Below the pieces are notes generated by a model. It ran no database searches, was not told the origin of the DNA, and saw nothing but the letters and a program-made list of their open reading frames with translations. Made by a program: the position numbers and the translations under genes. A stretch of DNA of 64,000 nt from Raillietiella orientalis. Its lineage: Eukaryota. The DNA lies in contig JAYWIR010000008.1 in the NCBI GenBank assembly GCA_036172245.1, positions 2,790,001 through 2,854,000 on the forward strand. Reading direction: 5' to 3'. Below, one piece after another: positions 62,500 to 64,000 of this stretch; position 1 is the stretch's first letter, and each line of letters opens with the position of its first letter.

Positions 62500-63970
62500 A
62501 GCCAAGGTCCGCCGCCGGATTTTCTCCTCCCTCGCTAGAAACGAAGACCCTCCCATGAAGAAAATACGGATGTTTGTGGGTGAGGTCACGATTCAGATAG
62601 GCACGACAGCGCGCAGCTGTCCGTCCGGAACAGGCTCTCGTGTGCTCGTGGAACCGCGAAGGAATGCGGGAACAGACACCTCGGTTTCGTGAGAGTCGGA
62701 AGGGGACACCACGCTCATCGCCGAGAAGGATCGGGATCGTGGTGGTGAGGACTGCAGCAGATTTGTCGTTCCGGGAAGAGCGACTGCTCGGTGGTAACAG
62801 CGCTGATCCCCCCTTTGCTGCAAGGAGCCACTCGACTCAACTTTTACGTGACCTTGCCATGTGACACCTGGGACTGTACGTCACGGGAAGCGGCATCAGC
62901 GTCATCTTGACGCGCGAGGCCATCGTGAATTACATCAGCCACTCTTGTGGGAGCCGGTTTCCGCGCAGCTGCGCGCCGTTGACCCCGCAGAGATACTCAC
63001 ATCCGCCTGAGCCGGCTCCCGGCAACGCGCTGCAAGTGAGTCCAGAGGCTACTACCAGTGGATGTTGACGAGTACCAGCTCCCGCAGTGACCCCGGAGTG
63101 ATGCTGGAATCGCTTCTGGAATCGCATCCCGAAGATTGCTTGTCTCGCAGCTTGCTTCGCTACGGATCGGCTCCTGCAAACGGGAAATGGCTTTGAGGAT
63201 GCAACGATGACGCGCCAAGTGCCGAACCCAGTGGTGTGGGCGGAGCCATGTTGCATCCACGCTGAATCAGGTGGCTCCAAGGAATGAATACATAGGGGTG
63301 CGCATAGGCATTGCAACCCGGTCGCATCCGGGGCGTTCATTAATGAAAATAGACTCACAATTATCGTGGCGGGGTGCGAAGTCCCACCACAGCCAATTAC
63401 ACAGTTGACCTGCCGGTTCGCCGGAATACAGATCAACGGGCTCACCTCGGCAGCGGAGGAGGGGAGGTAAATAGATAAATAAAGAATAAATAGAAATAGG
63501 CGCATAGGCAAAAAGCTGAAAACTGACCTCATGACCCTTAAACGAGTATTTGGAAAAATTTCCCATTGCCCATGCCTGCGGAGTCTGGGCGGTGCGCGAG
63601 CAGATCACCATCAAACCAGCAAAGTGGGCTTTTGCTGACGGGAATGCCTCCCCTATTCATTCGGCTGAGAGCTTCGATCCACACTTAACAGCACAGAGGG
63701 GATCCGGCCTCTGAATCGCCCGAGGGACTGTGACCTCGATCTTTCTGATGAAACAAGTCCTTGCCTCCGTGCAGAAGCAGCAGTGGGTGCTGCAGCCCAA
63801 TTTGGTCACTCAGGGACTCCGGCGAACTTCGCCTGAGAGGAAAACACGGCCTGAATCATCGCAGCGACACCTCCTGGGTGAGATGGGCTGCAGGGGGGGT
63901 ATATAGCCCAAGGGAGATGGATTGTGTTGGCAAGGGAACTACTCCCACTGCCCGTGTCATCTGTCACGAG
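62500..63970 (+). mobile_element. Possible decayed 5' part of a non-LTR element (ORF1-like plus start of an AP-endonuclease)
   Basis: Fragments RDCD..(IF)L..ET at ~63722-63757 and QGRWIVL at ~63909 resemble endonuclease motifs. The region is heavily frameshifted. Confidence 0.25.
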
Positions 63971-64000
63971 CAGTTTATAACGAACAAAAAAAAAATCAGC

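Overview
Eukaryotic, metazoan (probably arthropod) genomic DNA with spliced genes and mostly very short introns. No prokaryotic or CRISPR features are present. Three protein-coding genes can be identified, all on the minus strand. (1) A BCAR3/SH2D3C (NSP-family) SH2 + Cdc25-like adaptor runs off the left edge. (2) A Cu/Zn-SOD-fold gene has substitutions at four of its seven canonical metal ligands. (3) A complete 15-exon USP20/USP33-type deubiquitinase spans 24535-35958 (about 924 aa). The rest is repeat-rich: five 3' fragments of L1/Tx1-like non-LTR retrotransposons, four copies of an apparently unnamed long tRNA-headed SINE, a 40-bp minisatellite capped by a perfect hairpin, a ~290-bp inverted duplication, and several decayed coding-like tracts that I cannot identify. 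All alignments were done by eye, and no database search was possible.
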